Of a stretch of 64,000 bases of DNA, positions 1-10,422 are shown piece by piece. Position numbers and translations under genes: made by a program. Position 1 is the stretch's first letter. Each line of letters opens with the position of its first letter. Origin of the DNA: a virus. The notes under the pieces are model-generated. The model was not told where the DNA came from. It saw only the letters and a list, made by a program, of their open reading frames with translations, and ran no database searches. Location: positions 1,080 through 65,079 of the IMG/VR virus record IMGVR_UViG_3300035208_003507; one strand, written 5' to 3'.

Positions 1-1455
1 TGTGACCCTGATTCTGGTCCCTATAGTGGCGAACAGCGAACAAAAGATTTCAATGAGAACCCAGGCAAGACCATTCTACTCCGTATGTTATTTTTGGCGA
101 TTCTAAGACTCATTACTTCTGCCATCTTCGCCATAGTATTCACTCCCATGAAATGGTTATTGAGAAAAATTAATGGTCTAGTCGAAGGGAAAGAACCTAA
201 AAAGAATCCACTAACTGGGCTCCCCATCTCCGTTCCTATCCCCCCTACTCCTCCGGGGATAGGTACTGCTTTATCTAAAGCTGCCAGTTCAATTGGAGCA
301 GCGCTTGTTAATGCGGGGAAAACTATAGGAATCGCATGGTTGTTTAATAAGGCCCGCAAGTTTGCCCTAGACTGGGTAGAAAAAGCAATAGCTGATGGTC
401 CTAAGCTAAATAGAGACGTAGAAAGATTCGACGCCCTTGTTTTGGCTAAGCATGTTCAAGAGACTGCTTATTATTCGGAAGAAGATCAATGGCCTGAAGC
501 CGCTATGCTATATGTACATTATGAAGCTCTAAGTAGACAGTACAAATCATCTCTAGGAATTTTTGATTACTACAAAAAAGAATCTCTTACTCAAACAGAT
601 AAAATTGGATCTTATATTAAAAATACGGCGACTACCGCCGCCAAAATTCCCAAAGATATGGCAGAAGTTCTCTTGCTTCAGAAAGACTACCAAGAATCTG
701 CTCTAGCTAATATGGATAATTTATTAAGAGGAAGATTTGTTGATAATCTATTCTGCTGCTTATTCAAATTTCTTGGCGCTCAAGAACTTAAGTTTCTCAA
801 GCTAGCCCAGGCTATCCTAAAAATAAGTCTAAACCGTAAGGCCTTAATGTTTGAGAGTCTAGACTCTGCTCTTGCTAATTTGTGGCGCACCATTGAAAAG
901 ATGCTCCTGTCTTCAATTCTGTCCATTTTATACAACCTTTTCGATGAAGTTAACGCTAAACTACGTAAACAACTTCAATTACAAGTGGACTCAGCGGCTT
1001 TTAAAGTTGGTGCCTGTCTTTCATGGAACATATTCGTTGGAAATTTGTTAAAATTTATAGGGGATCTTGAGCGAACCCTCCTAGACCTAGTAGTAGATCT
1101 CAATAATAGCATTAAATTGCAAACCAAATACCAAGTTGAGTATATTGATGGTTTAAAAGAATCTCAATATATACGCAGACTTTTAAAATTAATAGATGTC
1201 ATCCTAAAGGCTCGTCGATATGGAGAACTTTGCAAAAACTCTAAAGTCCCGACAGATGAAGAACTTAGACTCCTTTTCAATCAGGTTCGTAACGAGTTTG
1301 ATCTAGACGATGCCAAACCAGGCGAAGATGTAAATCCTGGCACTTCGGGTCTTGATACTAAACGTGCTCAATTTGATGACTGCCTTAAAAAGGTTCCTAA
1401 GAACGAGGTTGAGCGAGTATTGGGTTGGATAAATAAACTTAAGGCTGATGAATAA
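1..1455 (+). CDS. Hypothetical helical protein upstream of portal (5'-truncated)
   Basis: Frame +1 is open from base 1 to TAA at 1455, so the gene probably starts before the window. Its stop overlaps the portal start. No recognisable motif. Confidence 0.6.
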   Translation, partial: CDPDSGPYSGEQRTKDFNENPGKTILLRMLFLAILRLITSAIFAIVFTPMKWLLRKINGLVEGKEPKKNPLTGLPISVPIPPTPPGIGTALSKAASSIGAALVNAGKTIGIAWLFNKARKFALDWVEKAIADGPKLNRDVERFDALVLAKHVQETAYYSEEDQWPEAAMLYVHYEALSRQYKSSLGIFDYYKKESLTQTDKIGSYIKNTATTAAKIPKDMAEVLLLQKDYQESALANMDNLLRGRFVDNLFCCLFKFLGAQELKFLKLAQAILKISLNRKALMFESLDSALANLWRTIEKMLLSSILSILYNLFDEVNAKLRKQLQLQVDSAAFKVGACLSWNIFVGNLLKFIGDLERTLLDLVVDLNNSIKLQTKYQVEYIDGLKESQYIRRLLKLIDVILKARRYGELCKNSKVPTDEELRLLFNQVRNEFDLDDAKPGEDVNPGTSGLDTKRAQFDDCLKKVPKNEVERVLGWINKLKADE

Positions 1456-3586
1456 AATGGGTATCTTTTCATTCTTTTCGCGTTTAGGATCCAAACCACA
1501 AATCAAAGACGTATTTGATCCTGCTCGGGTCAAGGTTCTTCGTAAGGCCCTTGCGAACAACCCCCCAACTACTACCCGCGGGACAATTACGACTACGGGT
1601 GAAGTTAAACAAGATTACGATCTTACAGTTATAGACCGGTTTTCAGATAATGAAGGCTTAGTCTTTCAAGCTTTTGCTAAAGTACTCGAGAAGGCTGGAA
1701 ATGGTGGGTATGAATTAGTATCAAAAGACACTGAAGCTGCGGCCTATATCAAACAACGGTTAGCAGAATCTGCTATCGTTACACAAAAACCTACATCCGT
1801 TCTTCTAAAAGAAATTCTATCCGATGTAATTCACTACTCTAACTGTTTCGTCTTCAAATATCGTGATGAAGAATTTTCCAGTGGCAAACCTATTACTATT
1901 GCCGACAAACCTTTAGTTCCTATTTCTGCATATGCTCGGCTTGACGCTACGGCAACGATTCCTAATCGGGATGAAAATGGAAACGTTAAAAAGTATGTTG
2001 TAAAACAAACTGCTGAGGGAGCTAGTGGTAGCAAAGAAAAGACAGTAAAAGTAGAAGATATGGTCCACTTCTTTTGCTATAGAAGTGAACGTAATAATCT
2101 CGGTACACCATTCATCCAACCAGTTCTAACTGATGTTCAGACACTTCGTAGACTTGAAGAAAACGTTGAGCTATTAGTCCATCAACATCTGTTTCCTCTC
2201 TATCAATATATTATCGGGACCGAAGATAAGCCGGCGCAAGACGAAGAAATTGAAAAACTAATTACTGATTTAGAGAACATGCCAACAAGTGGAGGTTTCG
2301 TAACTCCAGAGCGCCATAAAATAGAAGTACTAGGTGCTGAAGGTGAAGCTATTGATGCTTCCAAATATCTAGAATATTTCCAAAAACGTGTCATCAAGGG
2401 TCTAGGCATAGGTGAGACTTCGTTTGGTAGTGCGGCTGGTGCTTCTCGAGCTTCAGCAGAAACTATAGATCGTGGACTTATTGAAAAGGCCAAATTCTAT
2501 CAACAAGTTGTGGAAGATTTCTTCAACGAATATATTATTAAAGAACTTTTACAAGAAGGTGGATATGAGACTTATGACCAAGCCTCAGCCGTAGAAGTAA
2601 AACTTGTATTTAACGAAATTGACGTTGACATGCGTATCAAGAAAGAAAATCACGCCATCAACAAATTCAATAATAATCTCATTACCTTTGACGAATTCCG
2701 TATGGAAGTTGGTAAAGAAGTTATTGATGTTACTAACACAGAAGAAGTAGAAAAACTATTTTTCTATATGTTCGGGCCTGCCAAGCTTGCTGAATACGAA
2801 ATTCAGGTTAAAGCTTCAGCTGGTGCAGCAGCTTCGGTTGCTAATGCAGATCAACCAAGTAATCAGCATGGTAAAAAGTCATCTCCCAAAAAGACACGAG
2901 ATGCCAACAAAAGTGTTATCACACGTTTAAAAAATTCCAAACTTATACAGTCGCTACGCTCTTCTCTTAGTCAGCAGTTAGAAAATGCCAGGCAAGACAC
3001 CTTAGCCATGGTGAAACTAACTTCTGGTTCACCAGAAGAGACACATATTGAATCACTAAAACTGACCTTTGGCGTCCTCGAAGATTACACCATTCAAACT
3101 TCAAAACCCTATATTGATAAGGCTTTTGAAGATGGATACCTTTCTGCAGTTCCTGGAAAAGTCTTTTCCGCTAGACAGGCTATAGAAGACGCAACATCTA
3201 GACAGGTACTTGACCAATATGGGAAATATATACGGAAAACTGTGGCAAATCTACGAAAAGATGTTATAAATATATTGGGCCAATCAATCCCTAGTATGTC
3301 CGAGAAGTCCAGCGAGATTTCTGCGGTTTTCGATACTAGGAAATTTTATGTGAACTCCTCAATATCATCAGGTATAAGTCAAGCATTTAACTTTGGTTTC
3401 GCCGTCGCTCTCAAACGTAATGGCCACACCAAAGCAATAAATCGTGCTACTGATGAAGCTTGTGAAACTTGTAAGGCCCAGGATGGTAAGGAAATTACTC
3501 TGGCATCTATTAAGCCGGAAGACATTCCACCCCATCACGGTAGTTGCGAATGCTACCTTGAAGCAGTAGAGGAACCCAATGCCTAA
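1448..3586 (+). CDS. Portal protein with C-terminal MuF/SPP1 gp7-like head morphogenesis domain
   Basis: Portal-like segments (HFF...NNLGTPFIQPV; KYLEYFQKRVIKGLGI; LITFDEFRMEVG), position before protease and MCP, and C-terminal CETC...IPPHHGSCEC resembling the MuF CxxC...PPxHxxCxC motif. Confidence 0.8.
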   Translation: MNKMGIFSFFSRLGSKPQIKDVFDPARVKVLRKALANNPPTTTRGTITTTGEVKQDYDLTVIDRFSDNEGLVFQAFAKVLEKAGNGGYELVSKDTEAAAYIKQRLAESAIVTQKPTSVLLKEILSDVIHYSNCFVFKYRDEEFSSGKPITIADKPLVPISAYARLDATATIPNRDENGNVKKYVVKQTAEGASGSKEKTVKVEDMVHFFCYRSERNNLGTPFIQPVLTDVQTLRRLEENVELLVHQHLFPLYQYIIGTEDKPAQDEEIEKLITDLENMPTSGGFVTPERHKIEVLGAEGEAIDASKYLEYFQKRVIKGLGIGETSFGSAAGASRASAETIDRGLIEKAKFYQQVVEDFFNEYIIKELLQEGGYETYDQASAVEVKLVFNEIDVDMRIKKENHAINKFNNNLITFDEFRMEVGKEVIDVTNTEEVEKLFFYMFGPAKLAEYEIQVKASAGAAASVANADQPSNQHGKKSSPKKTRDANKSVITRLKNSKLIQSLRSSLSQQLENARQDTLAMVKLTSGSPEETHIESLKLTFGVLEDYTIQTSKPYIDKAFEDGYLSAVPGKVFSARQAIEDATSRQVLDQYGKYIRKTVANLRKDVINILGQSIPSMSEKSSEISAVFDTRKFYVNSSISSGISQAFNFGFAVALKRNGHTKAINRATDEACETCKAQDGKEITLASIKPEDIPPHHGSCECYLEAVEEPNA

Positions 3587-5141
3587 AGCAGTTAAAATCT
3601 TTGAAGCCCTTAGCATTGAGGATTCCCTAGGCCAAATAACTGGCAAAGCTAAAGAACGCGTAGCCAATATGGTTCGGGATGCAAGAGGTAGTGATTCACC
3701 AATCGGTCTACTATCTGAAATAGCTGTAACGCATGGTGGAATTGTAAATGGAAATTTCGGGTACTATAAGCCCGAAAGACTAAACAAGTCGGTTCGGACA
3801 TGGGTAGAGCCTTTTAATAAGCCTCTTTTAAAGAACCATGATTATCATACAGAACCACTTGGAAGAACGGTAGCATCAGTTTGGCGGTCAACAGTACCGT
3901 CTGTAATCCCAGATGTTAGGAACTCGATTCAACGTGCTGATTACAGTTTCCGGGGTCTAGGCCATATCCAGAACTTGGTAAGTGTTAGTGACCCCGATGC
4001 AGTAGCGAAAGTTTTGGATGGTAGATACCTCACCGTCTCTGTAAGTGGTGAGACAGACGAAATGACATGTTCCATCTGTGGTCAGAACTGGCTAGAAGAT
4101 GGTCGTTGCGAACACAGATTTGGAAAAGAATACGAAGATGAAGATTCGGGCAAGAAAGATCTTGCCTACTGGGTTGGTGGGGATTTTGTCTGGGATGAGG
4201 TTTCTTTCGTTAACACACCAGCAGATCCTTTCGCTCAAGTTGTCACAAGAGAAGTAAGTGCAGATGCTCAAGATCAGATCATCCATACTTATGACTACAA
4301 AGACGTAACGATACTTAAGGCTCAGGTTGCAGACTCGAAGAATAGACTGATCAAACTTTATGCGATCAATGATTCTCTAGGCAAGGGCATTAAGCTTGAC
4401 GATGAAACTTCCCTTGATGAGTTGGACAGATTATACGGCAAGAGAATCTTCCAGGTCCTAACAGATCTCAAAAAGAAGGAAACAAAAGTGGAGAAACCCG
4501 AGTTGACCCCAGTTAAGATTGAAGACCAGAAAACAGCTTCTGTCCCAACTCCGGATCCTGCTCCCGCACCCGCGGCCCCAGTTCCTGAGCCTCCTAAGGA
4601 TGAAAAGAAACCTGAACCCCCAGTGGCTCCTATTCCCGAACCTCCTAAGGATGAAAAATTAAAAAATGAACCTATACCAGCCGCACCGATTCCCACTCCT
4701 CCAGTAGAGGATACTAAAATTAAGGCCCTCGAAGAGGAAAACAAGAATCTGAAAGATGAACTCCAGACTGAAAAGAGCGAGAAGGATGCTGCTAGCAAAC
4801 TTCTTACTGATCTTCAGTCCCAGATTCGGAAAATGAAGATCACCCAGATACTAGATCTGAAACAGCGGTTAAACCTTGTGAAGTTTACCACAGAAGATGA
4901 ATGCAAGGCTGCGGAAGATGAACTTCAGACCCGCGCTATTGAATCCATCGACGATCAGATTAAAGATCTGAGTGCTAGTCTAAAAGAGGCTTCGAAAGTG
5001 AAGCCTTCTACTATTAAGATTGGTGACTCTGACCCGGTTGCGGATACCGAGTTAGAAAAGGCTCTAAAAGTAATTGATGAGACTCCAGTTGCCGATCTGT
5101 TAAAGAGATATCTTAACGGGAAATGGAATCCGCGGTCTTAG
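3579..5141 (+). CDS. Prohead protease fused to Pro-rich linker and coiled-coil scaffold
   Basis: LKNHD...EPLGR, VSVSG and EVSFVNTPAD motifs of HK97-type prohead proteases; CSICG...CEH insertion; PEPPKDEK repeats followed by a charged coiled coil. Confidence 0.8.
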   Translation: MPKAVKIFEALSIEDSLGQITGKAKERVANMVRDARGSDSPIGLLSEIAVTHGGIVNGNFGYYKPERLNKSVRTWVEPFNKPLLKNHDYHTEPLGRTVASVWRSTVPSVIPDVRNSIQRADYSFRGLGHIQNLVSVSDPDAVAKVLDGRYLTVSVSGETDEMTCSICGQNWLEDGRCEHRFGKEYEDEDSGKKDLAYWVGGDFVWDEVSFVNTPADPFAQVVTREVSADAQDQIIHTYDYKDVTILKAQVADSKNRLIKLYAINDSLGKGIKLDDETSLDELDRLYGKRIFQVLTDLKKKETKVEKPELTPVKIEDQKTASVPTPDPAPAPAAPVPEPPKDEKKPEPPVAPIPEPPKDEKLKNEPIPAAPIPTPPVEDTKIKALEEENKNLKDELQTEKSEKDAASKLLTDLQSQIRKMKITQILDLKQRLNLVKFTTEDECKAAEDELQTRAIESIDDQIKDLSASLKEASKVKPSTIKIGDSDPVADTELEKALKVIDETPVADLLKRYLNGKWNPRS

Positions 5142-5189
5142 TAATTCTTAGTAATAAAGAACGTAATACAAAACGGAGGTTTGTAGCAA

Positions 5190-6032
5190 ATGGCTGAAAC
5201 AGTGGGTACTTCTTCGGCTCTTCCAGTTCGGCAGTGGCCCTATGTAAGCCGTACTCGGCCTAACTTTCAGGTTAGCGAGTCGGATGCACCGGCAATTGCC
5301 TTAAAGCCCGCGGCATACCTTCCAGTAAATTTCATGGATATGAATATTCATGACTGGATCGTACTTCCTAAGGGGACCATCGTAGCACTTGATTCTGATG
5401 GGAATCTTGTTCCTGCTAACGGTGGCAATGCAACAACTGATACGTACACGATGAACGACGTTGACACAGGCGTTAAGGATTCGAATGGCACACTAGCAGT
5501 TGTAGCGGGAACTTATACCCGTTCTGCTAACGAGCCTATCGGAGTCTTGATGGTTGATGCTCGTCAGGATATTCGGGGCCGATATTTGAACTACAAGAAC
5601 CAGACAGACGCCCTGGGCATTCTTTGTGAGTATGTCATCGAAGTTCCTTATTTCACCTTTGCCGATCTAGGATCCCCAACAAGTGTTGCAGCAGGTGTTG
5701 CAATTGCTAAGGCCAAGATTGGTCCTATTGCCTATGCATCCGTGACCGGAGCTGCTGCCATTACCTATGGCGCAAGTTCCTTCATCGCTTTGCAGCCAGG
5801 TAATAAGGTAATGAGCGATCCGAACGGGAAGATTGTAAAGTGGGATGGCGTGGCTGCTAGCCAGGTCATCGGTACCGTACTTTCCATCGATACTGACTTC
5901 CCCAAAGATATGCTACAGCACGTCATGACATATCCTTACTCAGAAACGCCAGGCTCTGAGACGGGTGGTTTCCCAGCAGCACTGGCTTGGACCGGAGCAA
6001 CTAAAGCTGCTCGTATCCGGCTAACGTTCTAA
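5190..6032 (+). CDS. Head decoration/cement protein (putative)
   Basis: Between protease and MCP; strong RBS (GGAGG); LPKGTIVAL...LVPANGG and PGNKVMSDPNGKIVKW...VIGTV resemble beta-tulip decoration proteins. Confidence 0.6.
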   Translation: MAETVGTSSALPVRQWPYVSRTRPNFQVSESDAPAIALKPAAYLPVNFMDMNIHDWIVLPKGTIVALDSDGNLVPANGGNATTDTYTMNDVDTGVKDSNGTLAVVAGTYTRSANEPIGVLMVDARQDIRGRYLNYKNQTDALGILCEYVIEVPYFTFADLGSPTSVAAGVAIAKAKIGPIAYASVTGAAAITYGASSFIALQPGNKVMSDPNGKIVKWDGVAASQVIGTVLSIDTDFPKDMLQHVMTYPYSETPGSETGGFPAALAWTGATKAARIRLTF

Positions 6033-6061
6033 TTGCGGTTTATCAGGAGGAGTTGAGACCC

Positions 6062-7318
6062 ATGATTAATGACGAGAAGACAAAGCAGGAACGGGAGATC
6101 AAGGACAAGATCCATCGGGAAGTCGAGTTGGCTTTCCGTAATAATGGATTTGTGGACGAGTCCAATCGCTTCAAGGTCAAGGACCTCCTGGTTTCTACAG
6201 ACGCAACCCTGTTCGTAAAGCAGACTATTGCGAACACGGTTATGGAAGCTATGGAGCCACGGCTGGTTATCAGTCCCTTGTTCCAAGTTATCCGCCTGGT
6301 AAGCGGGACCAGTATCAAGTTCCCCGCTATCGGTGCCCTAACTGCCGAAGCTATTCCTGAAGGCTCTCGTTATCCCGAGAAGTCCCTCGACCTTTCTGGG
6401 GGTGATCAGGTTCGCTTGGAAGTGACCAAGTATGGTCTCCAAGTGAAGATTACCCAGGAAATGATCGACGACTCTCAGTGGGATGTCATCGGTCTTCACC
6501 TTCGCGCAGCCGGCCGCGCTCTTGCCCGTAAGAAAGAAACCATCTGCGCCGAAACGTTTAATACGTATGGCCAGAAGGTTATCGACAACCTAGAAAAGTC
6601 TGCCGCAGTACTGGGCGGATCCTCGGGTGTTGATCGGACAGGTGCTCTTAATGGTGGAATGCACCTTGATAACGTATTTGAGATGATGGCCTATCTAGTT
6701 CAGACAGGCTTCACCCCCGATACAATCATGATGCACCCCATGGCTTGGGCCATGATGGCAAAAGATCCTCTTCTGAAACAGATCGCTTGGATGGCAGGCA
6801 ACCAGTATCTCGGTGGCAATTTCTCCGGGACGCAGGGCGCTACCAGCTGGGACAGTTCTCCCAACTTCAGAATGAAGACCATTAACCCCAACGCAGCTAC
6901 TTTCCAAACTGCAATCCCAGCAGGAATTTTCCCCTGGGCTCTTAAGGTTCTGGTATCCCCTTACATTCGTTTTATTGCTAAGGGTGCAGCCGTAACCAAG
7001 CAGGATGGAACTGCTCCTGGTGCAGTCACCGGGATCACTGATGGTTCTTCTCTCGCTGTTCGTCCTCTTACGGATATCACCGTTCTCGATAGTTCCGAGA
7101 CCGGCGTAATCCTACAGAAGAAAGACGTAACAACCGATGAGTTTGATGATCCTGAAAGGGACATCAAGGCCTTGAAGATCATGGAGATGTACGGAACAGG
7201 TACACTCTCTCAAGGCAAGTCCGTCGTGGTTGCTCGTAACATCGCTATGGTTCCTACCTACGACTTCACCAATACTCTGTCTGTGTCGAGTGTTGCAGAG
7301 GTAGTTCGTAACGTCTGA
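6062..7318 (+). CDS. Major capsid protein (HK97 fold)
   Basis: AEAIPEGSRYPE, KYGLQVKITQEMIDDSQWDVI...AGRALARKKE and PDTIMMHP are typical MCP motifs. ATG 6062 is preferred over TTG 6053 by RBS (GGAGGAG) spacing. Followed by a terminator. Confidence 0.9.
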   Translation: MINDEKTKQEREIKDKIHREVELAFRNNGFVDESNRFKVKDLLVSTDATLFVKQTIANTVMEAMEPRLVISPLFQVIRLVSGTSIKFPAIGALTAEAIPEGSRYPEKSLDLSGGDQVRLEVTKYGLQVKITQEMIDDSQWDVIGLHLRAAGRALARKKETICAETFNTYGQKVIDNLEKSAAVLGGSSGVDRTGALNGGMHLDNVFEMMAYLVQTGFTPDTIMMHPMAWAMMAKDPLLKQIAWMAGNQYLGGNFSGTQGATSWDSSPNFRMKTINPNAATFQTAIPAGIFPWALKVLVSPYIRFIAKGAAVTKQDGTAPGAVTGITDGSSLAVRPLTDITVLDSSETGVILQKKDVTTDEFDDPERDIKALKIMEMYGTGTLSQGKSVVVARNIAMVPTYDFTNTLSVSSVAEVVRNV

Positions 7319-7348
7319 GCCTAGCACTTAACCCTCTCTTTGCACCGG

Positions 7349-7392
7349 AAAGCCGGTTGGTAGGTCCCCCCTGCCTACCGGCTTTTCTATTT
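7349..7392 (+). terminator. Rho-independent terminator after MCP
   Basis: AAAGCCGGT-T-GGTAGG / CCTGCC-T-ACCGGCTTT stem followed by a T-rich tract. Confidence 0.8.
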
Positions 7393-7405
7393 AGAGGTTC
7401 ATCGA

Positions 7406-8824
7406 ATGGCTGCTATTGTTTCCACAGATCCGATTGATCAGGCAGACGAAGTTTATATTCGCCAAAACATTGCAATAACTTTCGATGTTGCCATGGATCC
7501 AACAACCATGACAGCCGAAACATTTATTGTGTATGACCAGGATTTCAATATTATTGATGGTATTCGGGCATATGATGCCACTAATCGTATACTTAGTTTC
7601 AGTCCAAGTAATCCATTCTTAGTTCGCCATGACTATATTGTTGAAGTAGTTGGCGGTGAAGATGGTGTCAAATCACTTCCCGATGCATGGGGTGATGTAC
7701 AAGAATTAGTTGGGAACTATCGATTTACTTTTACTACTAATGATGGTCGTTTTCTTACCCCCCCAACAGTAACTATTCCTAGTGGTGTGCCTACTGATAT
7801 TACTTATCCGTCAGGTGTTACGTATTCGACTATCTTCGCAGTTCGTTCTACGACACCTGCGAATGCCCAATGGGGTCTCGATCCTTCTGGTGTTTATCTT
7901 GATAGTAACGGCGATCCAACACTTAAAATCTGTTTTAATAAACCAGTTCGGCTGTCCTCAATAACAGGTTCGGGTGAATTGTGCGATCCTCATGGTATAA
8001 CTATTATCAGCCAAGATGTATTACAGGATCCATTTCGTCCTATTGTAGATCTTTCATCCACTGGTATTTGGTCATCTGTACTATGGCAAGCTACATTTAC
8101 ATTTGACAATAACCAGGTGTTTGAACCAAACCGTGAAATCACTGTTACTATTCCTTCAACTGTTACAGCTACCGATGGTTCAACCCTTGCCGCGGATTAT
8201 TCATTCTATTTCACCACCGAACTAGATCCTTTATATGTCGGCGTAAACCATGTGCGGTTAATGCCTGTGGGTCCAATGATTTCAGATATACCTGATGACA
8301 CTATACTAAGAATTATTCACTCCAATTCTATCTTAGCTAATTGGTATTCTGCCGGCAGACCTGCGGTAATCCAACCCTTTACATCTAACCGTTATACGGG
8401 CTCAGAAGTAACCGTAACTAGACCAGCCTTTACTGTAGACCCAGTTACCGGTCCCCCCGAATATGTAAAAAGATTTGTACTAGCTAAAACCTGGTATGAT
8501 CTTTTAAGAGCCAAGTATAATAATTATATCGACGGTATTATGTTGGGTGGTGGACCTGGCGCTGCTAAAGCTCTTGATGATCTCAAGATCACTCAAGGTG
8601 GCGGGAGCATTTATGCATCTACAGTTGGTCCCATTATCGAGAGTCTCGAGGGCAATCCCAAGAAAGGGATTAAAGGAGAGATTCAAGATTGGTTGGATTA
8701 TATTACTGGCGCTGCCAAGTGGAAACCCGCACTAAGTTTCGTGTGGGGTCTCAATGATAAAACAAAACCCCAGGGTAGAACCAACTTTATTGGTACTCTT
8801 CCTGGTTTGAATCAAAAGGCTTAA
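7406..8824 (+). CDS. Ig-like (Big_5/SbsA-type) domain protein, possible head-tail connector at C-terminus
   Basis: Two Ig-like units (IAITFDVAMDPTT...YRFTFTT; ICFNKPV...YSFYFTT), a helical C-terminal part, and position directly after the MCP. Confidence 0.6.
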   Translation: MAAIVSTDPIDQADEVYIRQNIAITFDVAMDPTTMTAETFIVYDQDFNIIDGIRAYDATNRILSFSPSNPFLVRHDYIVEVVGGEDGVKSLPDAWGDVQELVGNYRFTFTTNDGRFLTPPTVTIPSGVPTDITYPSGVTYSTIFAVRSTTPANAQWGLDPSGVYLDSNGDPTLKICFNKPVRLSSITGSGELCDPHGITIISQDVLQDPFRPIVDLSSTGIWSSVLWQATFTFDNNQVFEPNREITVTIPSTVTATDGSTLAADYSFYFTTELDPLYVGVNHVRLMPVGPMISDIPDDTILRIIHSNSILANWYSAGRPAVIQPFTSNRYTGSEVTVTRPAFTVDPVTGPPEYVKRFVLAKTWYDLLRAKYNNYIDGIMLGGGPGAAKALDDLKITQGGGSIYASTVGPIIESLEGNPKKGIKGEIQDWLDYITGAAKWKPALSFVWGLNDKTKPQGRTNFIGTLPGLNQKA

Positions 8825-8829
8825 GTTAA

Positions 8830-9441
8830 ATGACAAACTTTTGGACCCCAACAACTAATCCTACCGGAACAGCCATAAGTAATACGTCATTATATCCAGG
8901 TGGAGCAACACAAGGGAATATCGACCTAAGAGCAGAACTTCATAAAATCTTATTTGGCGACATTCACCATCCTCCTCAAGGCCACAAAATTCTTGTTCGT
9001 CATATGACAAGCCAGTGTCCATGTATGATTGGTGGCACTGGTTCATCAACTTGGGATAGTGATATTGGGGAAAAACATAAAGAGCCTGATACGAAATGTT
9101 CAGTATGCCATGGCGAAGGTTTCGTATACTCCGATGTACCTTATACCGCCTATAGAAGTATGATAGGTTCCAAGAGCGGTTCTATTCTTGCCTCTTATGA
9201 AGAAACACCTCCGGGCATAGTAGCCATAATGGGATTTAATTATTTCTTTGAATATAGCACCCCAATAGCCGATGTGGACAAAATAGTAGAACTTAAACTA
9301 GACCTATCGGGTGGTCTCCCAGTTAATAATGGTCTTGCCAATCAGATTGAAAAGTTTAAGATAATACAGTTAATCAACTATCGAGCAGATAACGGAAGAG
9401 TTGAGTTTATAAGGGCAATATGCGAACGGGAGGAATGGTGA
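8830..9441 (+). CDS. Head closure/neck protein with Zn-finger (putative)
   Basis: CPC...CSVCHGEG motif and neck-gene position. Confidence 0.5.
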   Translation: MTNFWTPTTNPTGTAISNTSLYPGGATQGNIDLRAELHKILFGDIHHPPQGHKILVRHMTSQCPCMIGGTGSSTWDSDIGEKHKEPDTKCSVCHGEGFVYSDVPYTAYRSMIGSKSGSILASYEETPPGIVAIMGFNYFFEYSTPIADVDKIVELKLDLSGGLPVNNGLANQIEKFKIIQLINYRADNGRVEFIRAICEREEW

Positions 9442-9497
9442 GCGGCATAATTCGTTATAAAACGCTCAATAAAAATGTTATAACCCATTATGATGTG

Positions 9498-9514
9498 GTT
9501 ATAATATATATGGG
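9498..9514 (+). promoter_or_regulatory. Putative late promoter motif GTTATAATATATATGGG
   Basis: Intergenic; the motif recurs at 14534, 33195 and 50152; overlaps the TTATAACC/GGTTATAA inverted repeat (9478-9504). Confidence 0.55.
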
Positions 9515-9537
9515 TAAATCGGGCTCAGAGGAGTAAA

Positions 9538-10410
9538 ATGGGCTCCTCTTTTTTTGGTGTCACTAATTTAAATGGTACGGTCCTCCCGACGACCCCACGA
9601 ACACTTTCGTACCCGGATTTACCTCGGGTAAAGATGGACCGAAATGGAACCATTGAAGATTTTAGTACAATTACACTAAGAGCACTTAAGTTTTTCCAGG
9701 GGAATATCCTTAAAAGATCTAAGGATACCTGGGTACCTCTTCTGGTAGGTTATCCTCAGAAGAAAGTACACGAAGCCTCGAACTCTAAGGTGAGGAGTAG
9801 TATAACTAGTCTAGATGACTTTTACTTCCTGAATCCGTTTGCTGACCTTGTAACCTTTACACTTGAATGGCAAGGCCCAGCCGGCATGAACAAGGCATTC
9901 GGAACAGAAAAGCAACGAGGCGCACAGCATAGAGAGTATTTGTTGGTAGATGATCAGCCGGGTATCGCTTATGATATTGAAGGCCGGCCGATGGATAATC
10001 TGGTAAGATTCGACTGTTGGAGTTCAACAGGGAGAAATGCAGGGAACCTAGCCACTCGGTTTAAGATAATGATGGAATACATGAAAGGGTCCATCATTCG
10101 GCAAGGATTCAGACGAGTTGAGTTTTGGGAACGAGCCCAAGATAAAGATGTAACCAGATGGCGGGATGATATCTCATGTGTATCTTTGAGATATTATGTG
10201 GGGACCGAAGAAATCTCGATAACCCCCAAAACCCTGATTACACAGATTGATTGGGAGATGCGAATTAATCAAAACCCGGATGAAGAGCAAGAAGCCTTCC
10301 TCCGTGAAATTGCTGGGTTGTCGTCCAGCGGATACGTGATTACGCCTGAAGCTAATCCTTTCGTTTCAGGCATGAGCACCGGCACCACCGAACTCTTGGA
10401 ACACCTCTAA
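9538..10410 (+). CDS. Tail completion/terminator protein (putative)
   Basis: Directly before the sheath gene; DNLVRFDCWS...SLRYYV pattern. Confidence 0.5.
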   Translation: MGSSFFGVTNLNGTVLPTTPRTLSYPDLPRVKMDRNGTIEDFSTITLRALKFFQGNILKRSKDTWVPLLVGYPQKKVHEASNSKVRSSITSLDDFYFLNPFADLVTFTLEWQGPAGMNKAFGTEKQRGAQHREYLLVDDQPGIAYDIEGRPMDNLVRFDCWSSTGRNAGNLATRFKIMMEYMKGSIIRQGFRRVEFWERAQDKDVTRWRDDISCVSLRYYVGTEEISITPKTLITQIDWEMRINQNPDEEQEAFLREIAGLSSSGYVITPEANPFVSGMSTGTTELLEHL

Positions 10411-10422
10411 AGGAGCATACAG

